The notes under the pieces: generated by a model
Database searches by the model: none
The model's input: only the letters and a program-made list of their open reading frames with translations
What the model was told of the DNA's origin: nothing
Shown here: piece after piece, positions 27,133 to 41,580 of the stretch
Layout of the letters: each line of letters opens with the position of its first letter
How positions within the stretch are numbered: the first letter of the stretch is position 1
Assembly (NCBI GenBank): GCA_964247055.1
Contig: OZ176051.1
Coordinates: 62,001-126,000, forward strand
DNA length: 64,000 bases
Reading direction: 5' to 3'
From: Paragordius varius
Taxonomy: Eukaryota > Animalia > Nematomorpha
Made by a program: the position numbers and the translations under genes

Positions 27133-30100
27133 AAATTTGATCAGGTGATGTCACCATAATTTTTTTAGGGTAGCCCTATGGTAGTTCCATCATCACCCCA
27201 AATATTTTCGAGATTGGAGTATAAATATAATTTTTATGAATTTTTTAAATATTTAAATAATTTATTTTATACGATTTTAAAAATAAAAATGGCTACCTAA
27301 AATCCAAATTTGATCAGGTGATGTCGCCATAATTTTTTTTGGGTAGCCCTATGGTAGTTCCATCATAACCCCAAATATTTTTGAGATCGGACTTTAAATG
27401 TAATTTTTATGAATTTTTTAAATATTTAAAAAATTTATTTTATACGATTTTAAAAATAAAAATGGCTACCTAAAATCCAAATTTGATCAGGTGATGTCAC
27501 CATAATTTTTTTTGGGTAGCCCTATGGTAGTTCCATCATCACCCCAAATATTTTCGAGATCGGAGTATAAATGTAATTTTTATGAATTTTTTAAATATTT
27601 AAAAAATTTATTTTATACGATTTTAAAAATAAAAATGGCTACCTAAAATCCAAATTTGATCAGGTGATGTCACCATAATTTTTTTTGGGTAGTCCTATGG
27701 TAGTTCCATCATCACCCCAAATATTTTCGAGATCGGAGTATAAATGTAATTTTTATGAATTTTTTAAATATTTAAAAAATTTATTTTATACGATTTTAAA
27801 AATAAAAATGGCTACCTAAAATCCAAATTTGATCAGGTGATGTCACCATAATTTCTTTTGGGTACCCCTATGGTAGTTCCATCATCACCCCAAATATTTT
27901 CGAGATTGGAGTATAAATGTAATTTTTATGAATTTTTTAAATATTTAAAAAATTTATTTTATACGATTTTAAAAATAAAAATGGCTACCTAAACCAAATT
28001 TGATCAGGTGATGTCACTATAATTTTTTTGGGAGGCCCTATGGTAGTTCCATCATCACCCCAAATATTTTGGGGATCGGACTATAAATGTAATTTTTATG
28101 AATTTTTTAAATATTTAAAAAATTTATTTTTAACGATTTTAAAAATAAAAATGGCTACCTAAAATCCAAATTTGATCAGGTGATGTCACCATAATTTCTT
28201 TTGGGTACCCCTATGGTAGTTCCATCATCACCGCAAATATTTTCGAGATCGGAGTATAAATGTAATTTTTATGAATTTTTTACATATTTAAAAAATTTAT
28301 TTTATACGATTTTAAAAATAAAAATGGCTACCTAAAATCCAAATTTGATCAGGTGATGTCGCCATAATTTTTTTTGGGTAGCCCTATGGTAGTTCCATCA
28401 TAACCCCAAATATTTTTGAGATCGGACTTTAAATGTAATTTTTATGAATTTTTAAATATTTAAAAAATTTATTTAATACGATTTTAAAAATAAAAATGGC
28501 TACCTAAAATCCAAATTTGATCAGGTGATGTCACCATAATTTTTTTTGGGTAGCCCTATGGTAGTTCCATCATCACCCCAAATATTTTCGAGATCGGAGT
28601 ATAAATGTAATTTTTATGAATTTTTTAAATATTTAAAAAATTTTTTTTATACGATTTTAATAAAAATGGCTACCTAAAATCCAAATTTGATCAGGTGATG
28701 TCACCATAATTTTTTTTGGGTAGCCCTATGGTAGTTCCATCATCACCCCAAATATTGTCGAGATCGGAGTATAAATGTAATTTTTTTGAATTTTTTAAAT
28801 ATTTAAAAAATTTATTTTATACGATCTTAAAAAAAATGGCTACCTAAAATCCAAATTTGATCAGGTGATGTCACCATATTTTTTTTTGGGTAGCCCTATG
28901 GTAGTTCCATCATCACCCCAAATATTTTGGGGATCGGACTATAAATGTAATTTTTATGAATTTTTTAAATATTTAAAAAATTTATTTTATACGATTTTAT
29001 AAATAAAAATGGCTACCTAAAATCCAAATTTGATCAGGTAATTTTGCCATAATTTTTTTTGGGTAGCCCTATGGTAGTTCCATCATCACCCCAAATATTT
29101 TCGAGATCGGAGTATAAATGTAATTTTTATGAATTTTTTAAATATTTAAAAAATTTATTTTCGATTTTAAAAATAAAAATGGCTACCTAAAATCCAAATT
29201 TGATCAGGTGATGTCACCATAATTTTTTTTGGGTAGCCCTATGGTAGTTCCATCATCACCCCAAATATTTTCGAGATCGGAGTATAAATGTAATTTTTAT
29301 GAATTTTTTTAATATTTAAAAAATTTATTTTATACGATTTTAAAAATAAAAATGGCTACCTAAAATCCAAATTTGATCAGGTGATGTCGCCATAATTTTT
29401 TTTGGGTAGCCCTATAGTAGTTCCATCATCACCCCAAATATTTTCTAGATCGGAGTATAAATGTAATTTTTATGAATTTTTTAAATATTTAAAAAATTTA
29501 TTTTATACGATTTTAAAAATAAAAATGGCTACCTAAAATCCAAATTTGACCAGGTGATGTCGCCATAATTTTTTTTGGGTAGCCCTATGGTAGTTCCATC
29601 ATAACCCCAAATATTTTTGAGATCGGACTTTAAATGTAGTTTTTATGAATTTTTAAATATTTAAAAAATTTATTTTATACGATTTTAAAAATAAAAATGG
29701 CTACCTAAAATCCAAATTTGATCAGGTGATGTCACCATAATTTTTTTTGGGTAGCCCTATGGTAGTTCCATCATCACCCCAAATATTTTCGAGATCGGAG
29801 TATAAATGTAATTTTTATGAATTTTTTAAATATTTAAAAAATTTATTTTATACGATTTTAAAAATAAAAATGGCTACCTAAAATCCAAATTTTCAGGTGA
29901 TGTCGCCATAATTTTTTTTGGGTAGCCCTATGGTAGTTCCATCATCACCCCAAATATTTTCGACATAGGAGTATAAATGTAATTTTTATGAATTTTTTAA
30001 ATATTTAAAAAATTTATTTTATACGATTTTAAAAATAAAAATGGCTACCTAAAATCCAAATTTGATCAGGTGATGTCACCATAATTTTTTTTGGGTAGCC

Positions 30101-33100
30101 CTATGGTAGTTCCATCATCACCCCAAATATTGTCGAGATCGGAGTGTAAATGTAATTTTTTTGAATTTTTTAAATATTTAAAAAATTTATTTTATACGAT
30201 TTTAAAAATAAAAATGGCTACCTAAAATCCAAATTTGATCAGGTGATGTCACCATAATTTTTTTTGGGTAGCCCTATGGTAGTTCCATCATCACCCCAAA
30301 TATTTACTAGATCGGAGTATAAATGTAATTTTTATGAATTTTTTAAATATTTAAAAAATTTATTTTATACGATTTTAAAAATAAAAATGGCTACCTAAAA
30401 TCCAAATTTGATCAGGTGATGTCACTATAATTTTTTTGGGTAGCCCTATGGTAGTTCCATCATCACCCCAAATATTTTCGAGATCGGAGTATAAATGTAA
30501 TTTTTATGAATTTTTTAAATATTTAAAAAATTTATTTTATACGATTTTAAAAATAAAAATGGCTACCTAAAATCCAAATTTGATCAGGTGATGTCACCAT
30601 AATTTTTTTTGGGTAGCCCTATAATAGTTCCATCATCACCCCAAATATTTTCGAGATCGGAGTATAAATGTAATTTTTATGAATTTTTTAAATATTTAAA
30701 AAATTTATTTTAGACGATTTTAAAAATAAAAATGGCTACCTAAAATCCAAATTTGATCAAGTGATGTCACTATAATTTTTTTGGGTAGCCCTATGGTAGT
30801 TCCATCATCACCCCAAATACTTTGGGGATCGGACTATAAATGTAATTTTTATGAATTTTTTAAATATTTAAAAAATTTTTTTTATACGATTTTAATAAAA
30901 ATGGCTACCTAAAATCCAAATTTGATCAGGTGATGTCACCATAATTTTTTTTGGTTAGCCCTATGGTAGTTCCATCATCACCCCAAATATTTTCGAGATT
31001 GGAGTATAAATATAATTTTTATGAATTTTTTAAATATTTAAATAATTTATTTTATACGATTTTAAAAATAAAAATGGCTACCTAAAATCCAAATTTGATC
31101 AGGTGATGTCGCCATAATTTTTTTTGGGTAGCCCTATGGTAGTTCCATCATAACCCCAAATATTTTTGAGATCGGACTTTAAATGTAATTTTTATGAATT
31201 TTTTAAATATTTAAAAAATTTATTTTATACGATTTTAAAAATAAAAATGGCTACCTAAAATCCAAATTTGATCAGGTGATGTCACCATAATTTTTTTTGG
31301 GTAGCCCTATGGTAGTTCCATCATCACCCCAAATATTTTCGAGATCGCAGTAAAAATGTAATTTGTATGAATTTTTTAAATATTTAAAAAATTTATTTTA
31401 TACGATTTTAAAAATAAAAATGGCTACCTAAAATCCAAATTTGATCAGGTGATGTCACCATAATTTTTTTTGGGTAGCCCTATGGTAGTTCCATCATCAC
31501 CCCAAATATTTTCGAGATCGGAGTAAAAATGTAATTTTTATGAATTTTTTAAATATTTAAAAAATTTATTTTATACGATTTTAAAAATAAAAATGGCTAC
31601 CTAAAATCCAAATTTGATCAGGTGATGTCGCCATAATTTTTTTTGCGTAGCCCTATGGTAGTTCCATCATCACCCCAAATATTGTCGAGATCGGAGTATA
31701 AATGTAATTTTTTTGAATTTTTTAAATATTTAAAAAATTTATTTTATACGATTTTAAAAATAAAAATGGCTACCTAAAATCCAAATTTGATCAGGTGATG
31801 TCACCATAATTTTTTTTGGGTAGCCCTATGGTAGTTCCATCATCACCCCAAATATTTTCGAGATCGGAGTATAAATGTAATTTTTATGAATTTTTATATA
31901 TTTAAAAAATTTATTTTATACGATTTTAAAAATAAAAATGGCTACCTAAAATCCAAATTTGATCAGGTGATGTCGCCATAATTTTTTTTGGGTAGCCCTA
32001 TGGTAGTTCCATCATAACCCCAAATATTTTTGAGATCGGACTTTAAATGTAATTTTTATGAATTTTTTAAATATTTAAAAAATTTATTTTATACGATTTT
32101 AAAAATAAAAATGGCTACCTAAAACCCAAATTTGATCAGGTGATGTCACCATAATTTTTTTTGGGTAGCCCTATGGTAGTTCCATCATCACCCCAAATAT
32201 TTTCGAGATCGGAGTAAAAATGTAATTTTTATAAATTTTTTAAATATTTAAAAAATTTATTTTATACGATTTTAAAAATAAAAATGGCTACCTAAAATCC
32301 AAATTTGATCAGGTGATGTCGCCATAATTTTTTTTGCGTAGCCCTATGGTAGTTCCATCATCACCCCAAATATTGTCGAGATCGGAGTATAAATGTAATT
32401 TTTTTGAATTTTTTAAATATTTAAAAAATTTATTTTATACGATTTTAAAAATAAAAATGGCTACCTAAAATCCAAATTTGACCAGGTGATGTCATCATAA
32501 TTTTTTTTGGGTAGCCCTATGGTATTTCCATCATCATCCCAAATATTTTCGAGATCGGAGTATAAATATACTTTTTATGAATTTTTTAAATATTTAAATA
32601 ATTTATTTTATACGATTTTAAAAATAAAAATGGCTACCTAAAATCCAAATTTGATCAGGTGATGTCGCCATAATTTTTTTTGGGTAGCCCTATGGTAGTT
32701 CCATCATAACCCCAAATATTTTTGAGATCGGACTTTAAATGTAATTTTTATGAATTTTTTAAATATTTAAAAAATTTATTTTATACGATTTTAAAAATAA
32801 AAATGGCTACCTAAAATCCAAATTTGATCAGGTGATGTCACCATAATTTTTTTTGGGTAGCCCTATGGTAGTTCCATCATCACCCCAAATATTTTCGAGA
32901 TCGGAGTAAAAATGTAATTTTTATGAATTTTTTAAATATTTAAAAAATTTATTTTATACGATTTTAAAAATAAAAATGGCTACCTAAAATCCAAATTTGA
33001 TCAGGTGATGTCGCCATAATTTTTTTTGCGTAGCCCTATGGTAGTTCCATCATCACCCCAAATATTGTCGAGATCGGAGTATAAATGTAATTTTTTTGAA

Positions 33101-33165
33101 TTTTTTAAATATTTAAAAAATTTATTTTATACGATTTTAAAAATAAAAATGGCTACCTAAAATCC

Positions 33166-35228
33166 AAATTTGATCAGGTGATGTCACCATAATTTTTTTT
33201 GGGTAGCCCTATGGTAGTTCCATCATCACCCCAAATATTTTCGAGATCGGAGTATAAATGTAATTTTTATGAATTTTTAAATATTTAAAAAATTTATTTT
33301 ATACGATTTTAAAAATAAAAAGGGCTACCTAAAATCCAAATTTGATCAGGTGATGTCACCATAATATTTTTGGGTAGCCCTATGGTAGTTCCATCATCAC
33401 CCCAAATATTTTGGGGATCGGACTATAAATGTAATTTTTATGAATTTTTTAAATATTTAAAAAATTTATTTTATACGATTTTAAAAATAAAAATGGCTAC
33501 CTAAAATCCAAATTTGATCAGGTGATGTCACCATAATTTTTTTTGGGTAGCCCTATGGTAGTTCCATCATCACCATAAATATTTTTGAGATCGGAGTATA
33601 AATGTAATTTTTATGAATTTTTTAAATATTCGAAAAATTTATTTTATACGATTTTAAAAATAAAAATGGCTACCTAAAATCCAAATTTGATCAGGTGATG
33701 TCACCATATTTTTTTTTGGGTAGCCCTATGGTAGTTCCATCATCCCAAATATTTTGGGGATCGGAGTATAAATGTAATTTTTATGAATTTTTTAAATATT
33801 CAAAAAATTTATTTTATACGATTTTAAAAATAAAAATGGCTACCTAAAATCCAAATTTAATCAGGTGATGTCACCATAATTTTTTTTGGGTAGCCCTATG
33901 GTAGTTCCATCATCACCCCAAATATTTTGGGGATCGGACTATAAATGTAATTTTTATGAATTTTTTAAATATTTAAAAAATTTATTTTATACGATTTTAA
34001 AAATAAAAATGGCTACCTAAAATCCAAATTTGATCAGGTGATGTCACCATAATTTTTTTTGGGTAGCCCTATGGTAGTTCCATCATCACCATAAATATTT
34101 TTGAGATCGGAGTATAAATGTAATTTTTATGAATTTTTTAAATATTCAAAAAATTTATTTTATACGATTTTAAAAATAAAAATGGCTACCTAAAATCCAA
34201 ATTTGATGAGGTGATGTCACCATATTTTTTTTTGGGTAGCCCTATGGTAGTTCCATCATCCCAAATATTTTGGGGATCGGAGTATAAATGTAATTTTTAT
34301 GAATTTTTTAAATATTAAAAAAATTTATTTTATACGATTTTAAAAATAAAAATGGCTACCTAAAATCCAAATTTGATCAGGTGATGTCAGAATATTTTTT
34401 TTGGGTAGCCCTATGGTAGTTCCATCATCACCCCAAATATTTTGGGGATCGGACTATAAATGTAATTTTTATAAATTTTTAAATATTTAAAAAATTTATT
34501 TTATACGATTTTAAAAATAAAAATGGCTACCTAAAATCCAAATTTGATCAGGTGATGTCACCATAATTTTTTTTGGGTAGCCCTATGGTAGTTCCATCAT
34601 CACCCCAAATATTTTGGGGATCGGACTATAAATGTAATTTTTATGAATTTTTTAAATATTTAAAAAATTTATTTTATACGATTTTAAAAATAAAAATGGC
34701 TACCTAAAATCCAAATTTGATCAGGTGATGTCACCATAATTTTTTTTGGGTAGCCCTATGGTAGTTCCATCATCACCATAAATATTTTCGAGATCGGAGT
34801 ATAAATGTAATTTTTATGAATTTTTTAAATATTTAAAAAATTTATTTTATACAATTTTAAAAATAAAAATGGCTACCTAAAATCCAAATTTGATCAGGTG
34901 ATGTCACTATAATTTTTTTTGGGTAGCCCTATGGTAGTTCCATCATCACCCCAAATATTTTCGAGATCGGAGTATAAATGTAATTTTTATGAATTTTTTA
35001 AATATTTAAAAAATTTATTTTATACGATTTTAAAAATAAAAATGGCTACCTAAAATCCAAATTTGATCAGGTGATGTCACTATAATTTTTTTTGGGTAGC
35101 CCTATGGTAGTTCCATCATCACCCCAAATATTTTCGAGATCGGATAAATGTAATTTTTATGAATTTTTTAAATATTTAAAAAATTTATTTTATACGATTT
35201 TAAAAATAAAAATGGCTACCTAAAATCC
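33166..35228 (+). repeat. Block with private alleles, copied at 48209-50447
   Basis: AAAGGGCTAC, TTTAATCAGG, TTTGATGAGG, ACCATAAA and ATTCAAAA alleles were seen only here and in the 48.2-50.4-kb copy. Confidence 0.88.
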
Positions 35229-36265
35229 AAATTTGATCAGGTGATGTCGCCATAATTTTTTTTGCGTAGCCCTATGGTAGTTTCATCATCACCCCAAATA
35301 TTTTGGGGATCGGACTATAAATGTAATTTTTATGAATTTTTTAAATATTTAAAAAATTTATTTTATACGATTTTAAAAATAAAAATGGCTACCTAAAATC
35401 CAAATTTGATCAGGTGATGTCACCATAATTTTTTTTGGGTAGCCCTATGGTAGTTCCATCATCACCCCAAATATTTTCGAGATCGGAGTATAAATGTAAT
35501 TTTTATGAATTTTTTAAATATTTAAAAAATTTATTTTATACGATTTTAAAAATAAAAATGGCTACCTAAAATCCAAATTTGATCAGGTGATGTCACCATA
35601 TTTATTTTTGGGTAGCCCTATGGTAGTTCCATCATCACCTCAAATATTTTGGGGATCGGACTATAAATGTAATTTTTTTGAATTTTTGAAATATTTAAAA
35701 AATTTATTTTATACGATTTTAAAAATAAAAATGGCTACCTAAAATCCAAATTTGATCAGGTGATGTCGCCATAATTTTTTTTTGGTAGCCCTATGGTAGT
35801 TCCATCATAACCCCAAATATTTTTGAGATCGGACTTTAAATGTAATTTTTATGAATTTTTTAAATATTTAAAAAATTTATTTTATACGATTTTAAAAATA
35901 AAAATGGCTACCTAAAATCCAAATTTGATCAGGTGATGTCACCATAATTTTTTTGGGTAGCCCTATGGTAGTTCCATCATCACCCCAAATATTTTCGAGA
36001 TCGGAGTATAAATTTAATTTTTATGAATTTTTTAAATATTTAAAAAATTTATTTTATACGATTTTAAAAATAAAAATGGCTACCTAAAATCCAAATTTGA
36101 TCAGGTGATGTCGCCATAATTTTTTTTGGGTAGCCCTATGGTAGTTCCATCATCACCCCAAATATTTTCGAGATCGGAGTATAAATGTAATTTTTATGAA
36201 TTTTTTAAATATTTAAAAAATTTATTTTATACGATTTTAAAAATAAAAATGGCTACCTAAAATCC

Positions 36266-36323
36266 AAATTTTAAAAAATTTATTTTATACGATTTTAAAA
36301 ATAAAAATGGCTACCTAAAATCC
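36266..36323 (+). repeat. 58-bp truncated monomer (115 bp short)
   Basis: ...AATCC-AAATTTTAAAAAATTTATTTTATACG...CCTAAAATCC; the whole GC-rich half is missing. Confidence 0.93.
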
Positions 36324-39300
36324 AAATTTGATCCGGTGATGTCACCATAATTTCTTTTGGGTAGCCCTATGGTAGTTCCATCATCACCCCAAATATTGTC
36401 GAGATCGGAGTATAAATGTAATTTTTTTAAAATTTATTTTATACGATTTTAAAAATAAAAATGGCTACCTAAAATCCAAATTTGATCATGTGATGTCACC
36501 ATAATTTTTTTTGGGTAGCCCTATGGTAGTTCCATCATCACCCCAAATATTTTCGAGATCGGAGTATAAATGTAATTTTTATGAATTTTTTAAATATATA
36601 AAAAATTTATTTTATACGATTTTAAAAATAAAAATGGCTACCTAAAATCCAAATTTGATCAGGTGATGTCACCATAATTTTTTTTGGGTAGCCCTATGGT
36701 AGTTCCATCATCACCCCAAATATTTTCGAGATCGGAGTATAAATGTAATTTTTATGAATTTTTTAAATATTTAAAAAATTTATTTTATACGATTTTAAAA
36801 ATAAAAATGGCTACCTAAAATCCAAATCTGATCAGGTGATGTCACCATATTTTTTTTTGGGTAGCCCTATGGTAGTTCCATCATCACCCCAAATATTGTC
36901 GAGATCGGAGTATAAATGTAATATTTTTAAAATTTATTTTATACGATTTTAAAAATAAAAATGGCTACCTAAAATCCAAATTTGATCAGGTGATGTCACC
37001 ATAATTTTTTTTGGGTAGCCCTATGGTAGTTCCATCATCACCCCAAATATTTTCGAGATCGGAGTATAAATGTAATTTTTATGAATTTTTTAAATATATA
37101 AAAAATTTATTTTATACGATTTTAAAAATAAAAATGGCTACCTAAAATCCAAATTTGATCAGGTGATGTCACCATAATTTTTTTTGGGTAGCCCTATGGT
37201 AGTTCCATCATCACCCCAAATATTGTCGAGATCGGAGTATAAATGTAATATTTTTAAAATTTATTTTATACGATTTTAAAAATAAAAATGGCTACCTAAA
37301 ATCCAAATTTGATCATGTGATGTCACCATAATTTTTTTTGGGTAGTCCTATGGTAGTTCCATCATCACCCCAAATATTTTCGAGATCGGATAAATGTAAT
37401 TTTTATGAATTTTTTAAATATTTAAAAAATTTATTTTATACGATTTTAAAAATAAAAATGGCTACCTAAAATCCAAATCTGATCAGGTGATGTCACCATA
37501 ATTTTTTTGGGTAGCCCTATGGTAGTTCCATCATCACCCCAAATATTGTCGAGATCGGAGTATAAATGTAATTTTTTTGAATTTTTTAAATATTTAAAAA
37601 ATTTATTTTATACGATTTTAAAAATAAAAATGGCTACCTAAAATCCAAATTTGATCAGGTGATGTCGCCATAATTTTTTTTGCGTAGCCCTATGGTAGTT
37701 TCATCATCACCCCAAATATTTTGGGGATCGGACTATAAATGTAATTTTTATGAATTTTTTAAATATTTAAAAAATTTATTTTATACGATTTTAAAAATAA
37801 AAATGGCTACCTAAAATCCAAATTTGATCAGGTGATGTCACCATAATTTTTTTTGGGTAGCCCTATGGTAGTTCCATCATCACCCCAAATATTTTCGAGA
37901 TCGGAGTATAAATGTAATTTTTATGAATTTTTTAAATATTTAAAAAATTTATTTTATACGATTTTAAAAATAAAAATGGCTACCTAAAATCCAAATTTGA
38001 TCAGGTGATGTCACCATATTTATTTTTGGGTAGCCCTATGGTAGTTCCATCATGACCTCAAATATTTTGGGGATCGGACTATAAATGTAATTTTTTTGAA
38101 TTTTTGAAATATTTAAAAAATTTATTTTATACGATTTTAAAAATAAAAATGGCTACCTAAAATCCAAATTTGATCAGGTGATGTCGCCATAATTTTTTTT
38201 TGGTAGCCCTATGGTAGTTCCATCATAACCCCAAATATTTTTGAGATCGGACTTTAAATGTAATTTTTATGAATTTTTTAAATATTTAAAAAATTTATTT
38301 TATACGATTTTAAAAATAAAAATGGCTACCTAAAATCCAAATTTGATCAGGTGATGTCACCATAATTTTTTTGGGTAGCCCTATGGTAGTTCCATCATCA
38401 CCCCAAATATTTTCGAGATCGGAGTATAAATTTAATTTTTATGAATTTTTTAAATATTTAAAATATTTATTTTATACGATTTTAAAAATAAAAATGGCTA
38501 CCTAAAATCCAAATTTGATCAGGTGATGTCGCCATAATTTTTTTTGGGTAGCCCTATGGTAGTTCCATCATCACCCCAAATATTTTCGAGATTGGAGTAT
38601 AAATGTAATTTTTATGAATTTTTTAAATATTTAAAAAATTTATTTTATACGATTTTAAAAATAAAAATGGCTACCTAAAATCCAAATTTGATCAGGTGAT
38701 GTCACCATAATTTCTTTTGGGTAGCCCTATGGTAGTTCCATCATCACCCCAAATATTGTCGAGATCGGAGTATAAATGTAATTTTTTTAAAATTTATTTT
38801 ATACGATTTTAAAAATAAAAATGGCTACCTAAAATCCAAATTTGATCATGTGATGTCACCATAATTTTTTTTGGGTAGCCCTATGGTAGTTCCATCATCA
38901 CCCCAAATATTTTCGAGATCGGAGTATAAATGTAATTTTTATGAATTTTTTAAATATATAAAAAATTTATTTTATACGATTTTAAAAATAAAAATGGCTA
39001 CCTAAAATCCAAATTTGATCAGGTGATGTCACCATAATTTTTTTTGGGTAGCCCTATGGTAGTTCCATCATCACCCCAAATATTTTCGAGATCGGAGTAT
39101 AAATGTAATTTTTATGAATTTTTTAAATATTTAAAAAATTTATTTTATACGATTTTAAAAATAAAAATGGCTACCTAAAATCCAAATTTGATCAGGTGAT
39201 GTCACCATATTTTTTTTTGGTAGCCCTATGGTAGTTCCATCATAACCCCAAATATTTTTGAGATCGGACTTTAAATGTAATTTTTATGAATTTTTTAAAT

Positions 39301-39355
39301 ATTTAAAAAATTTATTTTATACGATTTTAAAAATAAAAATGGCTACCTATAATCC

Positions 39356-41580
39356 AAATTTGATCAGGTGATGTCACCATAATTTTTTTGGGTAGCCCTA
39401 TGGTAGTTCCATCATCACCCCAAATATTTTCGAGATCGGAGTATAAATTTAATTTTTATGAATTTTTTAAATATTTAAAAAATTTATTTTATACGATTTT
39501 AAAAATAAAAATGGCTACCTAAAATCCAAATTTGATCAGGTGATGTCGCCATAATTTTTTTTGGGTAGCCCTATGGTAGTTCCATCATCACCCCAAATAT
39601 TTTCGAGATCGGAGTATAAATGTAATTTTTATGAATTTTTTAAATATTTAAAAAATTTATTTTATACGATTTTAAAAATAAAAATGGCTACCTAAAATCC
39701 AAATTTGATCAGGTGATGTCACCATAATTTCTTTTGGGTAGCCCTATGGTAGTCCATCATCACCCCAAATATTGTCGAGATCGGAGTATAAATGTAATTT
39801 TTTTAAAATTTATTTTATACGATTTTAAAAATAAAAATGGCTACCTAAAATCCAAATTTGATCATGTGATGTCACCATAATTTTTTTTGGGTAGCCCTAT
39901 GGTAGTTCCATCATCACCCCAAATATTTTCGAGATCGGAGTATAAATGTAATTTTTATGAATTTTTTAAATATATAAAAAATTTATTTTATACGATTTTA
40001 AAAATAAAAATGGCTACCTAAAATCCAAATTTGATCAGGTGATGTCACCATAATTTTTTTTGGGTAGCCCTATGGTAGTTCCATCATCACCCCAAATATT
40101 TTCGAGATCGGAGTATAAATGTAATTTTTATGAATTTTTTAAATATTTAAAAAATTTATTTTATACGATTTTAAAAATAAAAATGGCTACCTAAAATCCA
40201 AATTTGATCAGGTGATGTCACCATATTTTTTTTTGGGTAGCCCTATGGTAGTTCCATCATCACCCCAAATATTTTGGGGATCGGACTATAAATGTAATTT
40301 TTATGAATTTTTTAAATATTTAAAAAATTTATTTTATACGATTTTAAAAATAAAAATGGCTACCTAAAATCCAAATTTGATCAGGTGATGTCACTATAAT
40401 TTTTTTGGGTAGCCCTATGGTAGTTCCATCATCACCCCAAATATTGTCGAGATCGGAGTATAAATGTAATTTTTTTGAATTTTTTAAATATTTAAAAAAT
40501 TTATTTTATACGATTTTAAAAATAAAAATGGCTACCTAAAATCCAAATTTGATCAGGTGATGTCGCCATAATTTTTTTTGCGTAGCCCTATGGTAGTTTC
40601 ATCATCACCCCAAATATTTTGGGGATCGGACTATAAATGTAATTTTTGTGAATTTTTTAAATATTTAAAAAATTTATTTTATACGATTTTAAAAATAAAA
40701 ATGGCTACCTAAAATCCAAATTTGATCAGGTGATGTCACCATAATTTTTTTTGGGTAGCCCTATGGTAGTTCCATCATCACCCCAAATATTTTCGAGATC
40801 GGAGTATAAATGTAATTTTTATGAATTTTTTAAATATTTAAAAAATTTATTTTATACGATTTTAAAAATAAAAATGGCTACCTAAAATCCAAATTTGATC
40901 AGGTGATGTCACCATAATTTTTTTTGGGTAGCCCTATGGTAGTTCCATCATCACCCCAAATATTTTCGAGATCGGAGTATAAATGTAATTTTTATGAATT
41001 TTTTAAATATTTAAAAAATTTATTTTATACGATTTTAAAAATAAAAATGGCTACCTAAAATCCAAATTTGATCAGGTGATGACGCCATAATTTTTTTTGG
41101 GTAGCCCTATGGTAGTTCCATCATCACCCCAAATATTTTCGAGCGGAGTATAAATGTAATTTTTATGAATTTTTTAAATATTTAAAAAATTTATTTTATA
41201 CGATTTTAAAAATAAAAATGGCTACCTAAAATCCAAATTTGATCAGGTGATGTCACCATATTTATTTTTGGGTAGCCCTATGGTAGTTCCATCATCACCT
41301 CAAATATTTTGGGGATCGGACTATAAATGTAATTTTTTTGAATTTTTGAAATATTTAAAAAATTTATTTTATACGATTTTAAAAATAAAAATGGCTACCT
41401 AAAATCCAAATTTGATCAGGTGATGTCGCCATAATTTTTTTTTGGTAGCCCTATGGTAGTTCCATCATAACCCCAAATATTTTTGATATCGGACTTTAAA
41501 TGTAATTTTTATGAATTTTTTAAATATTTAAAAAATTTATTTTATACGATTTTAAAAATAAAAATGGCTACCTAAAATCC
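39356..41580 (+). repeat. 13-mer higher-order repeat unit (2225 bp)
   Basis: The same cyclic monomer order occupies 52625-54849, also 2225 bp. Partial copies start near 11144, 35575, 37992 and 41581. Confidence 0.88.
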
